A stretch of 64,000 nucleotides of DNA from Octopus vulgaris (lineage: Eukaryota), in NCBI GenBank assembly GCA_951406725.2, contig OX597815.1, positions 43,028,001-43,092,000 of the forward strand. Direction: 5' to 3'. The first letter of the stretch is position 1, and each line of letters opens with the position of its first letter. Shown piece after piece: positions 1 to 12,462 of the stretch. The translations under genes and the position numbers were made by a program. Under the pieces are notes generated by a model. That model was not told where the DNA came from. It saw nothing but the letters and a program-made list of their open reading frames with translations, and did no database searches.

Positions 1-57
<57 letters not shown>
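1..57. repeat. (AAT)n microsatellite
   Basis: Perfect AAT repeats. Confidence 0.98.
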
Positions 58-258
58 TTCTACTAAAGGCACAAGGTCTGAAATTTTGTGGGAGGAGGCT
101 AGTCGATTAAATCGACGCCAGTACTCAACCGGTACTTAATTTATCGATCTCGAAATGATGAAAGGCAAAGCCGAATTTGAATTCAGAACGTAAAGACGGA
201 CGAAATACCGTCATGTATTTCGCCTGGCGTGCTACCGATTCTATCAGCTCACAACCTT
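58..258 (-). mobile_element. tRNA-derived SINE, family B (central domain resembles the Meta/MESC type)
   Basis: The reverse complement matches the window consensus AGCTGGCAGAATCGTTAGCAC...GAGTTCAAATTCC (B box)...GACTTTGCCTTTCATCCTTTCGGGGTCGATAAA, seen more than 10 times. Confidence 0.85.
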
Positions 259-644
259 AATGATAAAGATAATAATATTGATTTCTTTATTAACCACAAA
301 GGCTTACATGAAGAAAACATTATGGACAGTACAGGACAAAACAAAAAAATGCGTGTATGTATGTATGTGTGTGAGCGTGTAGTTGTGAGGGTGCTGCGTG
401 TAAACAAGACTAATAAAATTGAAAAGAAAAAGGAGGATCAACAATGTGTAATCCTCAATAGAGAGGAAACGTTCGAGGGTTGCTCATGGAGAGACCTCAT
501 AAAAAACCATAGGTACCCTAACTTTTGTGACAGGTGCCATTTTTCGTTTCCTTTCCTCTTTCCAACTACAGATCCAACTACGGATCTGCACCCGGAACCA
601 TGTGGTTGGGAAGAAAGCTTCTTACCACGCAACCAGGGCTGCAC

Positions 645-830
645 AAACGTGCTATTGGTGATTTCTTTTTCTTCTTTGGACTTTTTCCTTTGTCCTATCC
701 GACGAGGAGCTATGCTTAAAACATCAAACTCTCTCTTTTCACCGAGCGTCAAGCTAATACATTCCTTGTCCAAGTCCTCATATTCCTAAATTTTACTCGT
801 TTATTTGAATGGATTGCTTTTTTGAATTTA
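645..830 (+). mobile_element. Diverged Penelope-terminus-like unit with a degenerate hammerhead (695-729)
   Basis: CCGACGA-G-GAGC-TAT-GCTT-AAAA-CATC-AAAC, followed by GAGCGTCAAGCTAATAC. Homologous to 1611-1820. Confidence 0.55.
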
Positions 831-834
831 TTAT

Positions 835-855
835 ACATATATATATATAGCTAGC

Positions 856-909
<54 letters not shown>

Positions 910-923
910 GCTAGCTAGCTAGC

Positions 924-988
<65 letters not shown>

Positions 989-1005
989 TGATTGATAGAT
1001 AGATA
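835..1005. repeat. (TA)n/(TAGC)n/(GATA)n compound microsatellite
   Basis: Direct reading. Confidence 0.95.
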
Positions 1006-1610
1006 TAAAAGCTATTATTTGCATAAATTACTGATCAAACACGTCCTTTAAAATCATGCCTGTTTGCAAGATGCTATTTACGTTGAAATTTGAACTATTT
1101 TAAAGACAGCTAAAGATAAAAAAGAAGCCGGCTGCAAAGAAATACTTGATGCAAGAAATAGTTAATGACTGGCTTTATAGATAACAAAGAGAGAGAAAAG
1201 GATAAGCTGATTAACATAATTTAAAAGTGCAAGGAATAGCTGCGCCTGTTGATACTGAAGCAGCAAATTTGTAGCCGAAAATAAAAATAAAAATAAAAAT
1301 TAGAAGAAATAGTTAAAGAATGTGCTTTACCCGCCTTGGAAAATTTTTAGTGCTGACAAGATGAAGTGCATGCAAGAAGTAACGTTGCAAAGGAAAAATG
1401 CCAAGTTTCAGTGTAACTAAATATTGGTTAGTGATATTTTATATAGACATGGCTGTGTGCTAAGAAGCTTGCTTCGCAAGCACATGGTTCTGGGTTCAAT
1501 CCCACTGCATAACACTTTGGGCAAGTGTCTTCTATTATAGCCTCGGGCCGACCAAAGCCTTGTGAGTAGATTTGGTCGACATAAACTGAAAGAAGCCCAT
1601 CATCATTCAA

Positions 1611-1820
1611 AATGTGACCGCGTGTGTACCGTTGGCGATTTTTTTCCTTCGTCTTCCCTTCTTTGGATCTTTCCTTTACCTATGTTTCTGACGAAGAGCT
1701 CCGCTCGAAGCGTTAAACCCTCCTTCTTTCCTTCTTTCCTGAGCGTCCAATAATACTATACTTGTTCCACGTCCTCGCGTTGTTGTGTTTTCTCTTTGTG
1801 TTTTCATGTTTGGATTAACT
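1611..1820 (+). mobile_element. ~210-bp non-coding Penelope-terminus-like unit carrying a hammerhead motif
   Basis: Near-identical reverse-complement copies at 34137-34343 and 50562-50769. The 3' end GGATTAACT abuts (TA)n. Confidence 0.8.
1684..1718 (+). ncRNA. Minimal type I hammerhead ribozyme motif (GAAA mutated to GAAG)
   Basis: GTTT-CTGACGA-A-GAGC-TCC-GCTC-GAAG-CG-TT-AAAC. Stems I and II pair. Confidence 0.65.
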
Positions 1821-1843
1821 TTATATATATATACATACATACA

Positions 1844-1896
<53 letters not shown>

Positions 1897-1911
1897 ATGT
1901 GTGTGTGTATT

Positions 1912-1955
<44 letters not shown>

Positions 1956-1958
1956 TGC

Positions 1959-1989
<31 letters not shown>

Positions 1990-2534
1990 CATGTGTGTGT
2001 ATGTGTGTGTGTTTGTCCTCCACCACCGCTTGACAACCGATAGGATAAATACTAGGCTTAAGAAAATAATAACAAAGAAGAAGTCCAGGGGTCGATCCAT
2101 TCGACTAAAATTCTCCAAGGCGTGTACCCCAGCATGGCCACAGTCTAATGACTAGTGCTGAAGAAAACTGCAAGCGCCAAGTAGTTCGCTTGAAACATTC
2201 TTGTCGTCACATGTCGTCTTAACGTGTATCGCGACTGTATTTAACGGGTTAGAGAGAGATGCAGGGGGAGGAGTTACAGGTCAGGCGAGGTTTGCACGTC
2301 CAGAAGAGAACCACCAGTCTAAGAGAAGAAAAGGAAAAAGAATAAGAACTCACAGCCGATAAATGACAATTTCTACAACGAACTTTTGGACATATTTATA
2401 ATCAAACAGAAAAAAAGAGTTGCTGCAATTGAATTCTGTAATTCCGGTCAGTTATTTATCTTCGTATCTTGATATCGAAGTATTTATCTGCTTTGTGATT
2501 ACAAACGAAGTTTCCACAAGACTATCATAAGAAC

Positions 2535-2705
2535 TCACAGCCTGTTCGTGAAATTGACGTGCAAGTGGCGGAGCACTCCACAGACTCGCGTACTCTTAAC
2601 AAAGTTCTCAGGGAGATTTAGCGTGACACAGAATGTGACGAGACTGACCTTCTAAATTAGTGGTACAACTCATTTGTGCCAGCTAAGTAGACTGAAGCAA
2701 TGTGA
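2535..2705 (-). mobile_element. SINE fragment (family D body plus family C-type tail)
   Basis: The reverse complement matches 9951-9990 and 16500-16615. Confidence 0.7.
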
Positions 2706-3951
2706 AATAATGGAAACACCTTAAAATTTCAAACAAATTATTTTAATATGGGGTAGGACCGCCTTTAGCAGTAATTACAACTTGAATTCTACCAGTTATG
2801 GACTCGTACCAAGTTTGAATTGTTTCCAAATAAATTTTTGTCCATTTTTCAGCTAAAGCAGTCTCCAGTTCTTATAGTGATGATGGTGGAGGATATCGAC
2901 TCCTTACTTGTTTTTTCTAAAATGCCCATAAATGTTCAATAATACTGAGATCTGAAGACTGCGGTGGCCAGATAAGATGTTCAGTTTCACTAGAATGTTC
3001 TTAGTGCCATTCAGTAACAACTTTAGCTGTGTGAATTGGTGCATTACCATCCTGAAAGACTGCAATTCCCTCCGGAAACAGTTCTGCAACCATAGGATGT
3101 ATTTGATCAGATAAAATGCTTAAATAGTCTTGATTATTAATTCTGCCATGAAGAGAAACCATTGCGCCGGCAGATTTCCAGGATATAGCCCTCTCCCCCA
3201 GGTCATCACAGATCCTCCTCCATGTTTAACAGTTGGAAGAAGGCAGTCTGGGTCAAATGCTTCCTTTGGCTGTCTCCACACGTATACTCGACCGGTGGTC
3301 GGAAATAAGGTAAAGAATGACTCGTCCGAGTAAATAATATTCTTCCACTGCTCTAGGGACAAATTCTGTAGGTTTTCACTCCACAGTAAATGCTTTGCAA
3401 CGTTTGTTTTTGAAAGTAGTGGTTCTTTGATTGCCACCCTCCCGTGCAATCCGGCGAACTTTTTTTGTGGAAACTGGGTTCTCGAGGTGGTCATTAAGCT
3501 CTGTAGTAATTTTCGGAGCTGTATTTTTGTGATCCTTTCTAACAATTCACGTAAGAGTCCTACGGTCCCTATTTGAAAGTTTTGATTTTCTTCCGGAGTT
3601 TTGTTTCGACGAGGACGTTTTTCTCTCTTTCTCAAAGGCAGTCATTACTTTCGAGACAGCACTTATTGATACACCAAACTATTCAGCTGTTTTCGTTACG
3701 CTAGCGCCTGCCATACGAGCACCAACAATTTGACCTCTTTGAAAGTTCGATAGATTTGTCATTTTAATGAATTTTAATTACCTTTTTCTGATGATATCTT
3801 AAAAGAAATAGCAATTTTAGCAAAACATTTTAAGCAACAGAAATAATAAATAAAAAAACATAAAAATAAACAAGCTTTTGATAGTTTTATAGATATTTCA
3901 AAATTATGATGCTATGATGCTAGGTGTTTCTATTATTTTGTCCAACCCCTG
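2706..3951 (-). mobile_element. Tc1-like DNA transposon, DD37E spacing, decayed
   Basis: Right end AGGTGTTTCTATTATTTTGTCCAACCCCTG-TA. Partial left TIR AAATAATGGAAACACCT. Confidence 0.9.
2743..3762 (-). pseudogene. Tc1-like transposase pseudogene
   Basis: MTNLSNFQRGQIVGARMAGASVTKTA, YSDES, TVKHGGGSVM, FQDGNAPIH, WPPQSSDLSIIEHLW, GGPTPY*. Contains stops and frameshifts. Confidence 0.92.
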
Positions 3952-3984
3952 TATGTATATACACATACACACACGCACACACAC

Positions 3985-4061
<77 letters not shown>

Positions 4062-4418
4062 AATAAATGCATAAATAGATTTGCATTAGATATTATAGGA
4101 TCGAATATTGAATTTAAGAGATCTGAGCTATTTGGGTTAATATATACTATTGGGTGTCAAATGTGTAGATATCATTTATGTGATTGTAGGTGATATGTAG
4201 AATGTGTTATATTATCGGCTCTCAATTGCGTAAACATATACATTAAGTTATTTTATTGGTGTAGGTTGTGTAATGGATATACAGAATGGGTTGTGTTATT
4301 TTATTGGTTGGTAACTGTGTTAGGTATGTTTTGTGCGACTTACACAGGAAATCTTTTATGTAAATTGAAAGTGTGTCACATACATACAGACACACAGACG
4401 CACAGACGCAAACACACA

Positions 4419-4467
<49 letters not shown>

Positions 4468-4924
4468 ACACACAAAGTTATAGACTCAACAAATTTCACT
4501 ATGTAGGATTTGCCGATTGACTAAAAATGAATATGTATTCTTCCAAAAGTATTTCTCCATTCTGTTGTGTCAGGAGAGAGTCGATCTCTTTTAGTGGCTT
4601 ATAATTTAACATCCCCAGTACTAAATAGGAAATATACGTAGTAGATAATCACACCCCCATACCCACAATTGATATGTATATACAGGTAGAATAGTTAGTG
4701 ACCTGGTATGTCGATAGATGTTTGTATATGTGTTTGTGTGCGTATATGTGTATATGTATATGCACATGTATGTATGCACATGGATATGACAGTAAACAGG
4801 TAGACATACAGACGGATAGGTACATAGGTTATATGAACAGGTAAGCACACATACACACACATACACAAATGAAGACTGAAACACATGACCATATACACAC
4901 TCACTTTACACAAGGACACATCCA

Positions 4925-5090
4925 ACTAAAATGGAAATTACCACCTGTGTCATCTCTTGTGACCAGTTTGCTGGACATTGTTGTAGAGCTGAAAAAGAAG
5001 TAATTTCTACTCTTCTCCTCTGGAAGCCATCTACTCGCAACACCAGAGGGCACACACTCTCCTACCCTGATGTAATCTGGAGACACGTCC
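4925..5090 (+). mobile_element. RTE-clade LINE C-terminal fragment
   Basis: QFAGHCCRAEKEVISTLLLWKPSTRNTRGHTLSYPDVI fits the RTE C-terminal FAGHCxR...LLWxP motif. Confidence 0.65.
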
Positions 5091-6187
5091 ACACATATGG
5101 AGAGATACACGTCCATACACACATACACTATACATAGTCACAAAAACCCATACACACACACACAGATACACTCAGACATGCACGCACAAGGAAACAGCGG
5201 TACACACACACACATACACACTCACACACATGCAAACACATACAAACACACACACACACACTTACAAACACGAACACACAAACTCACGAACATGAATATG
5301 CAGAGTACATATATACAAACGTTCACACATACATATTACATACGCACACACACTTACATACATGCATACACACACTTACATGCATGCATACATACATGTG
5401 TATGTGCACACACACTGACTCACACACATACGCACAAACAAACAAAAAGAACGCAGCTTGAACAACGGACTGAGTCAACAGCTATTGATTGAAAAGGTTC
5501 CAAGGCGCAACGAAAATTTTAGAAAATTAAATAGGTAAATGAGTGGAAATTTAACCGGTGAGTGTGTTAAATTATAAAGCACTAAAAGAGAATGACTCAC
5601 CCCAGGCACAACAGAATATGCTTCAACACACGAACTCACATAAAGAATCTTGCAAACCAAATCCAAAAACGAAATATTTCTTCATTCTTCAGTTTAATAT
5701 TAAATTGCTTATATAATGTAGTTTCATGTGAAAACAAACATTATTCTGTTGATAATTTCATTTTGAAAAATGCTATTTTTCTATCTCAATTTATTTTTAT
5801 TAATTACTATACCGATATCATAACACAGACTACTAACTGTTATAATTAATCATTAATAATTTATAATACCTGCCTTAATAATTTTCATTTTGCTATACAT
5901 ATATATGTAGATGGTTGAAAAGTAACACAGTTGATAAGTATACGAAAATAAGACAAGGTAGAAAATGCTAAAATGATTTTAGCTTGATGACCATTTTAGT
6001 ACCGGTTTCAGCCATTGCGATTTTTTCAACTTGCGTAAAGCATGAAAAACAATTAAACTGTGGAAAAATGAAATGTGTTTTTTAATATATTTCCATAGTT
6101 TTCAAATACAAGGGAGATTTTCCTTTCAGATCTACCACCTGCCACCTACCACCGAGCCTGCACAAAAGTAAGAGAGTGAGAGGGGGA

Positions 6188-6225
<38 letters not shown>

Positions 6226-6499
6226 GAGAGAGACAGCGACAACGCCAGACAACACCAACACAGCAGCTACGTCGAGACTCACCAACTTCGTCCAACAGCA
6301 TTGCGGCAACCTCCTATTTCGTCGCCACCATCATGTCCTTAACGTCATCAACATCATCTCTCTACGTACACAGCTCAGCAAGCAATTCACCCTGGTTCAA
6401 ACAGTTCACTGTTCGTGAATTATTTCACTACGATCAACAGCGAATATACAACCTGCATGAATTCCTGTACAAATGACCCAGGCAGCAGCATCACAGCTA

Positions 6500-6843
6500 C
6501 GATGAAAAGCAAAGTCGACCTCGGAGGAATTTGAACTCAAAACACAAAAACAGACGAAATACCGCTAAGCATTTCGCCCGGCGTGCTAACATTTTTGCCA
6601 GCTCACCGCCTTAGCCTTATATATATATTCTTTTCTAATCTAGGCACAAGGCCAAAAATTTTGGGGGTGGGGACCAGTTGATTAGATCGACCTCAGTACG
6701 CAACTGGTACTTAATTTATCGACTCCGAAAAGATGAAAGGCAAAGTCGACCTCGGCTAAATATGAACTCAGAACGTAAAGACAGACGAAATGCCGCTAAG
6801 CATTTCGCTCTGCATTCTAACGTTTCTGCCAGCTCGCCGCCTT
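6500..6843 (-). mobile_element. Two adjacent family B SINE copies
   Basis: AAAGTCGACCTCGG...GAACTCA...CCGCTAAGCATTTCGC...GCCAGCTC..CGCCTT occurs twice. Confidence 0.88.
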
Positions 6844-7884
6844 ATCATATCAATAAATATTCTCTTAATCATCTTTACGCTGTTGTGTCTCTTTCTTTCT
6901 TGCATTTATTTGTTCCATTCAATTTCTCTTTATATTAAGGGCTGTGTGATGTAGTACAAAAGTGCTATTCTCGTCACCTCACATCACACGGCCTTTACAA
7001 CAGCTTTTGGTGTTCTCTAACAAAAAGAGAAGTTGCTCAGGGAATGAGCTATGCAATCACAAAAGACACAAGATCGAAAAGAATATATACATGAAATAAT
7101 GGGACGTATGTTTAGATAAGTTGTATCGAGATTATCTTCCCATCGCTCCTTGTGCTTGCATAGTAGTGGTGAAGAATTATCAAAGAATCTGAAGAATTAT
7201 TTTGATGATGAATTTCAATAATGTTGGGCGAACGTGATTTGTCCTGAATTCCAAACATATTTGTCATCGGGATAGTGTACATGTGGCTCATTTATAAAAT
7301 CTAAAGTCTCAGTTTTGCTGCATAAATGTAAAAATTGAAGACATCTTAAATTTTGGGAATTGCAACAAAATAAATTTTCTTCCAAGTAGCCCTGAATTGC
7401 ACCAAAATAAATATTCGAGGCTATAACATTAGATTTCTCTTCATTAGAGCAAACTATGTCAGGAATTGGTTTCAAATTGAAAGTGAAACACCAATGCCAA
7501 ATTTAAAAGATGAACCTCATGGTGTCTGATAATGAACTTGATAGAAGATGAATGATGCCGGTGAATTTAGAAACCTAGAGATCTATTATTTCAATATTTT
7601 TCTGAAGTAGAAGAATTTCACTAACCTATTTACATGAATATACGATCAAAAGTGACATTGTAACAGAAGGTGAAGACTCCGAATGCCAATAATTAAACTA
7701 ACCCTATACCCTTTCGCAGTTATAGCCTTCAGTTCAAGAGTTCCCAATGACAGTCAATCAATGACAGCCAATTGAGTAAACTATCAGGTACACATTTGGA
7801 TTTTATCAGATTTTAAAAATTTTATATTGAATAAAATAAATTTGTTCTTCTCAACTGATCTATATACATGTGGGCAAAAGTATG

Positions 7885-7934
7885 GTTGCTCTGACGACGG
7901 TGATGTATGCATACATTCCGAAAATATTACCAAC
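7885..7934 (+). ncRNA. Hammerhead-like motif
   Basis: GTTGCT-CTGACGA-C-GG..ATGTATG/CATACAT..CC-GAAA-ATAT-TA-CCAAC. Stem III AATATT is palindromic; stem I is imperfect. Confidence 0.5.
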
Positions 7935-8401
7935 ATCGTGTATGCTGACGTTTTCTTGTGATATAACGGTCATTTTTTTAGAGCGTTAATATTATCCAAA
8001 TTCAGTTAAATGTTTATACGCATGTTTTATAAATTTTTTTTTGCCTATTTTATTTTCATAACTTGCCATCATCAGAAATGATAACAAGGACAACTGCTGC
8101 CGAGAAAAGCGCGCGAGGACTGTATCTCCGATAGGAACCAACTCCTTCCGTACAGGAAGACTTCAAATAACTCAAAACGGAAGAGAACATGCGTACATAT
8201 AAACATACATACATACATACATACATACATACATGCATACATACATACATGCAAACATACATACATACAAACAAACATAGATACAAAGATACATACCTAC
8301 ATACACAGAAATATATATATACAAATATGTCTATATATACATACTTATACACACATATACATATGTAGGTATAGTACATATATATATGTGTGTGTGTGTG
8401 T

Positions 8402-8446
<45 letters not shown>

Positions 8447-9404
8447 CATATACACACATATACACACATACACACACACATATACATATACATACACACA
8501 CATATACATATACACACATATACACACACACACATATACATAAGTACATATGAGCATAATGCTGGTGGTCAGTGGCCGTCGTAACTTGTTAGATTAATTC
8601 CCTTGATGACCCATTACCGTTTAATTATTTACACGAGTTCAAGTAGAATTCATCTAGAATTCTGTTATCTGTCAGTCAAACAGAGGTTAGCCTAGTGACA
8701 TACGAAACAAGTTTTCCGCTCAGGTATTTAGGCTTTGCGATCTAACATGTGTTTTTGGCTTTGATCATTCTTGCTAAAATACGGAAGATACACGAATGGT
8801 TTCAAGCTTTTCTTTCTTCCTTTTTCTTGAGCTTTTCATTTTAGTGTAGCGGTGAGCTGTCGTGTTTATATAAGTAAAGGTGGCATACTAGCTTAATTAA
8901 GATATAATGTTTATCAAACAATTGATAAATAAAAGCTGTCGAACGAAGCCTTTGGTTGTTAACATACTTGGATTAAGTGATTTATTTGTAGCCAAATTGT
9001 TAAACTAAACCAGTCCCAACTGACATTATTAACTTAGGAATGAAGACTTGTGAACTAACGATAACAGACTTAATTAATAAAACCTAAAGCTAAACAGCCC
9101 GTTTGTCGAAATCTTTTGATCAAGTCACTTAACATTTTAGTTTTATTACTTAAGTGAAATCTCATTCCTTACAAGTCAGCCATGATTATTTATCTTGATT
9201 TCGAGTTAATTTCGTCCCAGTTGTGCGCTTAAGGCACATTGAGTTAGATATTCATTGAATGCACTTTTCATTTAAGCAATTGATATTGCATCTGCGTATA
9301 AACGAAATCAGTATTGTAAACATAAAATTTAAGATATTTAAAATACTTGTGCTGCATGCATGTACACAAATACACACACATCTCCACATATTTATTTTAT
9401 CGCC

Positions 9405-9643
9405 TTATTCTTTTGTCGAACTGCTACGCTGCGGGGACGTAAACACACCAACACCAGTTGTCAAGCGGTGGTGGGGGACAACACACATACACACATACAC
9501 ACACGTACGACAGGCTCTTTTCAATTTTCGCTTACCAAATCCACTCACAAGGCTTTGGTCGGCCCGAGGCTATAGTAGAAAACACTTGCCCAAGGTGCCA
9601 CGCAGTGGGACTGAACATGGAACCATGTGTCTGGGAAGCAAAC
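9405..9643 (-). mobile_element. Family A SINE
   Basis: Reverse complement of the family A consensus. Confidence 0.85.
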
Positions 9644-9786
9644 TTAGTTCCTTTCATAGACTTCGCCTGCACATTGGACGGCAGGACGTCTCAAATAATC
9701 CCCGTTTTGAGTGTAGAGGCCTATATCTTCCGGGGTGATGTTAAGTTGCTGTACCTTTGAAGGTGGCACGTGATGTCTTCTTCAGA

Positions 9787-9817
<31 letters not shown>

Positions 9818-9847
9818 TTCGTCCCTCTGGTGGTGCTTAATGTAATG

Positions 9848-10095
9848 GAGTTGCGTGGCTTAGTGGTTAGGGTGTTGGGTATATGATCGTAAGATTGTGG
9901 TTTGGATTCCTGGACCTGGTGACGCGTTGTATTCTTGAGTAAAACACTTCATTTCACGTTGCTCCAGTCCACTCAGCTGGCAAAAATGAGTACACCTGTG
10001 ACGGACCGGCGTCCCGTTCAGGCGGAGAATTTATAGCCATGGAAACCGAAACCAAGAAAACAATCCTTATGAGTCAGCATGACGCGAGAAGATAA
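9848..10095 (+). mobile_element. tRNA-derived SINE, family D
   Basis: A box TGGCTTAGTGG and B-box-like GGTTTGGATTCC. Diverged copy at 47042-47290. Confidence 0.75.
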
Positions 10096-11715
10096 CCTTA
10101 CCTACAAACTCACCGACTCACACTCATGCCTCAACTTTTCCTCCTCCCACTCTTTCCACATCGAGCTCTCAATCTCCAACTCCCAATTCCTCCGTCTGTG
10201 CTTTCTCTGCTGGGACAACCATGACTCTGCAACCAATTCTCAACTCATGGCTCGCCACTTCATCCTTCGTGGATATCTCCTCACTACTATCCACACAGCC
10301 CTTGTCAGAGCACGTTCTGTGGACCGTGCCTCTTTTCTCTCTCCCCGCATCCGCCCTTCCGTTGCTCGTCTCCCGTTTCCCTTCACCTACCACCCATCCA
10401 CCATGCCCCTCAAACTCACCATTCTCCGAGCCTTCCGGCAACTCCAGTCCGACCCCTCCACTTCGCACAACTTCCCCAACCTACCTCTTCCCTCCTTGAA
10501 ACGAGCCTACAATCTGCGTCACCTCCTGGTCCACAGCTTCTTCCCTAACCCACCTCCCAACCTGGCTCGTTCCTCTGCTCTCGCCCACGCTGCTGCACTT
10601 GCCCCTACCTCTCCAACACCATCATTTTCACAAGTACCCATCATCATCCCTATCATATCACCGACTCTTTTACCTGCACTCCTAGCAACGTCAATTACTT
10701 CATCTCCTGCTCTTTCTGCCCCTCTCTGTACAACGGTCAAACGGGACGCCGCTTGGCTGACCAGTTCGTGGAGCACCTCCGAGACATTAGACTCGGCAGT
10801 AACACCCAGGTTTTGTGCTCTACCGGTCAGTCATTACAACACCTGACTTTGTTCGCATTGTCTTTGCACAGGGCCATCAGGTCTCCCGCCTTCGCCGTGA
10901 ACTGGAATTAATCTTTTCACTTCGCTCCTTTGCGCTACATAGACTCACCTCTCCTCCTCTCTTTATCTGACTCTCCTCCTCTCCTCTCTTGCCCTAATAC
11001 CTATTTCCTCTCTTCATTTCTACCCACCTTCTCTCTTCATTGATACCCATTCCATCCACGTCCCACACCTCCACCCCACATCCTCACCTCACATCCTTAC
11101 CCCACATCTTCACCCCACACTCAAACATCACCTTCACATTCCCACACCCCACACAGCCACATCATACCACACCACACCAGAGCACACACCACCGCACCAC
11201 ATCACACCACCCCACAGCGCTCAACACACACTAGCACTGACCACTTGTCACCACTTACACCACACACCCCTATTTACACACCAACACAGCATCATCTGCA
11301 CACCCACACACCATCATCCACACACCTACACATTACAGACGCACACGCTTACACACTCACACATCTACTCGTCAAAGTCACTAGCACCTATCTACACACG
11401 CACACTTCCACAATCTCACATACACACACGCACACGCACACGCACCTTCGTTTTGGGATCCCCAGTACTTTATTATCTCCCCTTCTTCCTAGCTCTCCTG
11501 TCAAACTATTTTTCCTAACCAGTCACTATGTTTGATCGCTAAATCCACAAGTTTTTTTTATTCTCTCTCCGTTTATTTCCTCATATTCCTTTCTGTTGAA
11601 GAGCGTAGGCTCGAAATGTAAAACACTTACTCACTTTCCCAAGTGTTAAACTAATACACCTGCTTGTTGTTCATACGCCTGTCTACGTCTTTCGTTTTTC
11701 TGTAAATTTCAACTA
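10096..11715 (+). mobile_element. 5'-truncated Penelope-like retroelement (Neptune type)
   Basis: RT C-terminus YKLTDSHSCLNFSSSH..SQFLRL. Cys-rich linker CSRPRCCTC. GIY-YIG-like NVNYFISCSFCPSLYNGQTGRRLADQFVEHLRDI after a frameshift. C/A-rich 3' region, terminal hammerhead, ends at (TA)n. Confidence 0.88.
11590..11623 (+). ncRNA. Penelope-terminal minimal hammerhead motif (variant core)
   Basis: TTT-CTGTTGA-A-GAGC-GTAG-GCTC-GAAA-TG-TA-AAA. Confidence 0.6.
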
Positions 11716-11805
11716 TATATATATGCATATACATACATGCATAAACAAAATTATAGACATGCTTGCATACACACATAAACGTAGATAGACAGGTAAGTAG
11801 GTAGG

Positions 11806-11872
<67 letters not shown>

Positions 11873-12462
11873 GGGAGTGGAGATACATAGATATAGAAAG
11901 AAAAAAGAGGAAACTTATCACATAGTCAATATATTAAAAGAAAATGACTTCTTTGAACGGGTTGCGTGTATTAAACAGTGTTACGCCTGTTGTAAGATAA
12001 AAGCGTGTTTGGAAAATATAACCATGTATTTTTAGATTAAATTTCAACAATGCATAAATAATTACAACATTCACCAGATTTCAATTGATTAAAGCAACAA
12101 GATTTCCACTAGAATTGCTAAGCTCATTGCTAAGCCAATTGAAATGCATTGAATATCTTCCGCGTGCTTTACATATTTTGAATATTTTACACTCGTGTTT
12201 CAGGTTGAATACTGCACAGGACAGACAGACAGAAAAAGTATTTCTCAGAAAAACATTACTCATAAGGTTTTATTTATTTATTTATTTATTTATTTAGAGC
12301 AATCGGGCGAAATTTGACAATTTTTATGACCTCCTTTTCTCAGGAGACATTGGGAGTGCAATATTTGGAGTCAGTCCATAAGCAGATTTGTATGTTCTTG
12401 TTTTATGTATGTATGTATGTATGTATGTATGTATGTATGTATGTATGTATGTATGTATGTAT

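Larger units (their letters stand above)
1445..2153 (+). mobile_element. tRNA-derived SINE, family A (CORE-like, internal microsatellite), interrupted by a nested element
   Basis: A box TGGCTGTGTG, B box GGTTCAATCCC, CORE-like TTGGGCAAGTGTCTT, internal (TA)n(GT)n, tail CCAGCATGGCCACAGTC. Confidence 0.85.

Noticed and set aside
229-789. 186-aa ORF
   Set aside because: Patchwork of SINE and repeat fragments, non-ATG start, no domain.
1250-1285. CTGAAGC...GCCGAAA motif
   Set aside because: No stem III, cleavage triplet or stem I partner.
1676-2155. Long ORFs rich in HT/YI/CV/MYVC here and throughout the window
   Set aside because: They are translations of (CA)n, (TA)n and (TATG)n microsatellites.
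8655-8720. Possible long-stem hammerhead
   Set aside because: No recognisable CUGANGA core; too degenerate.
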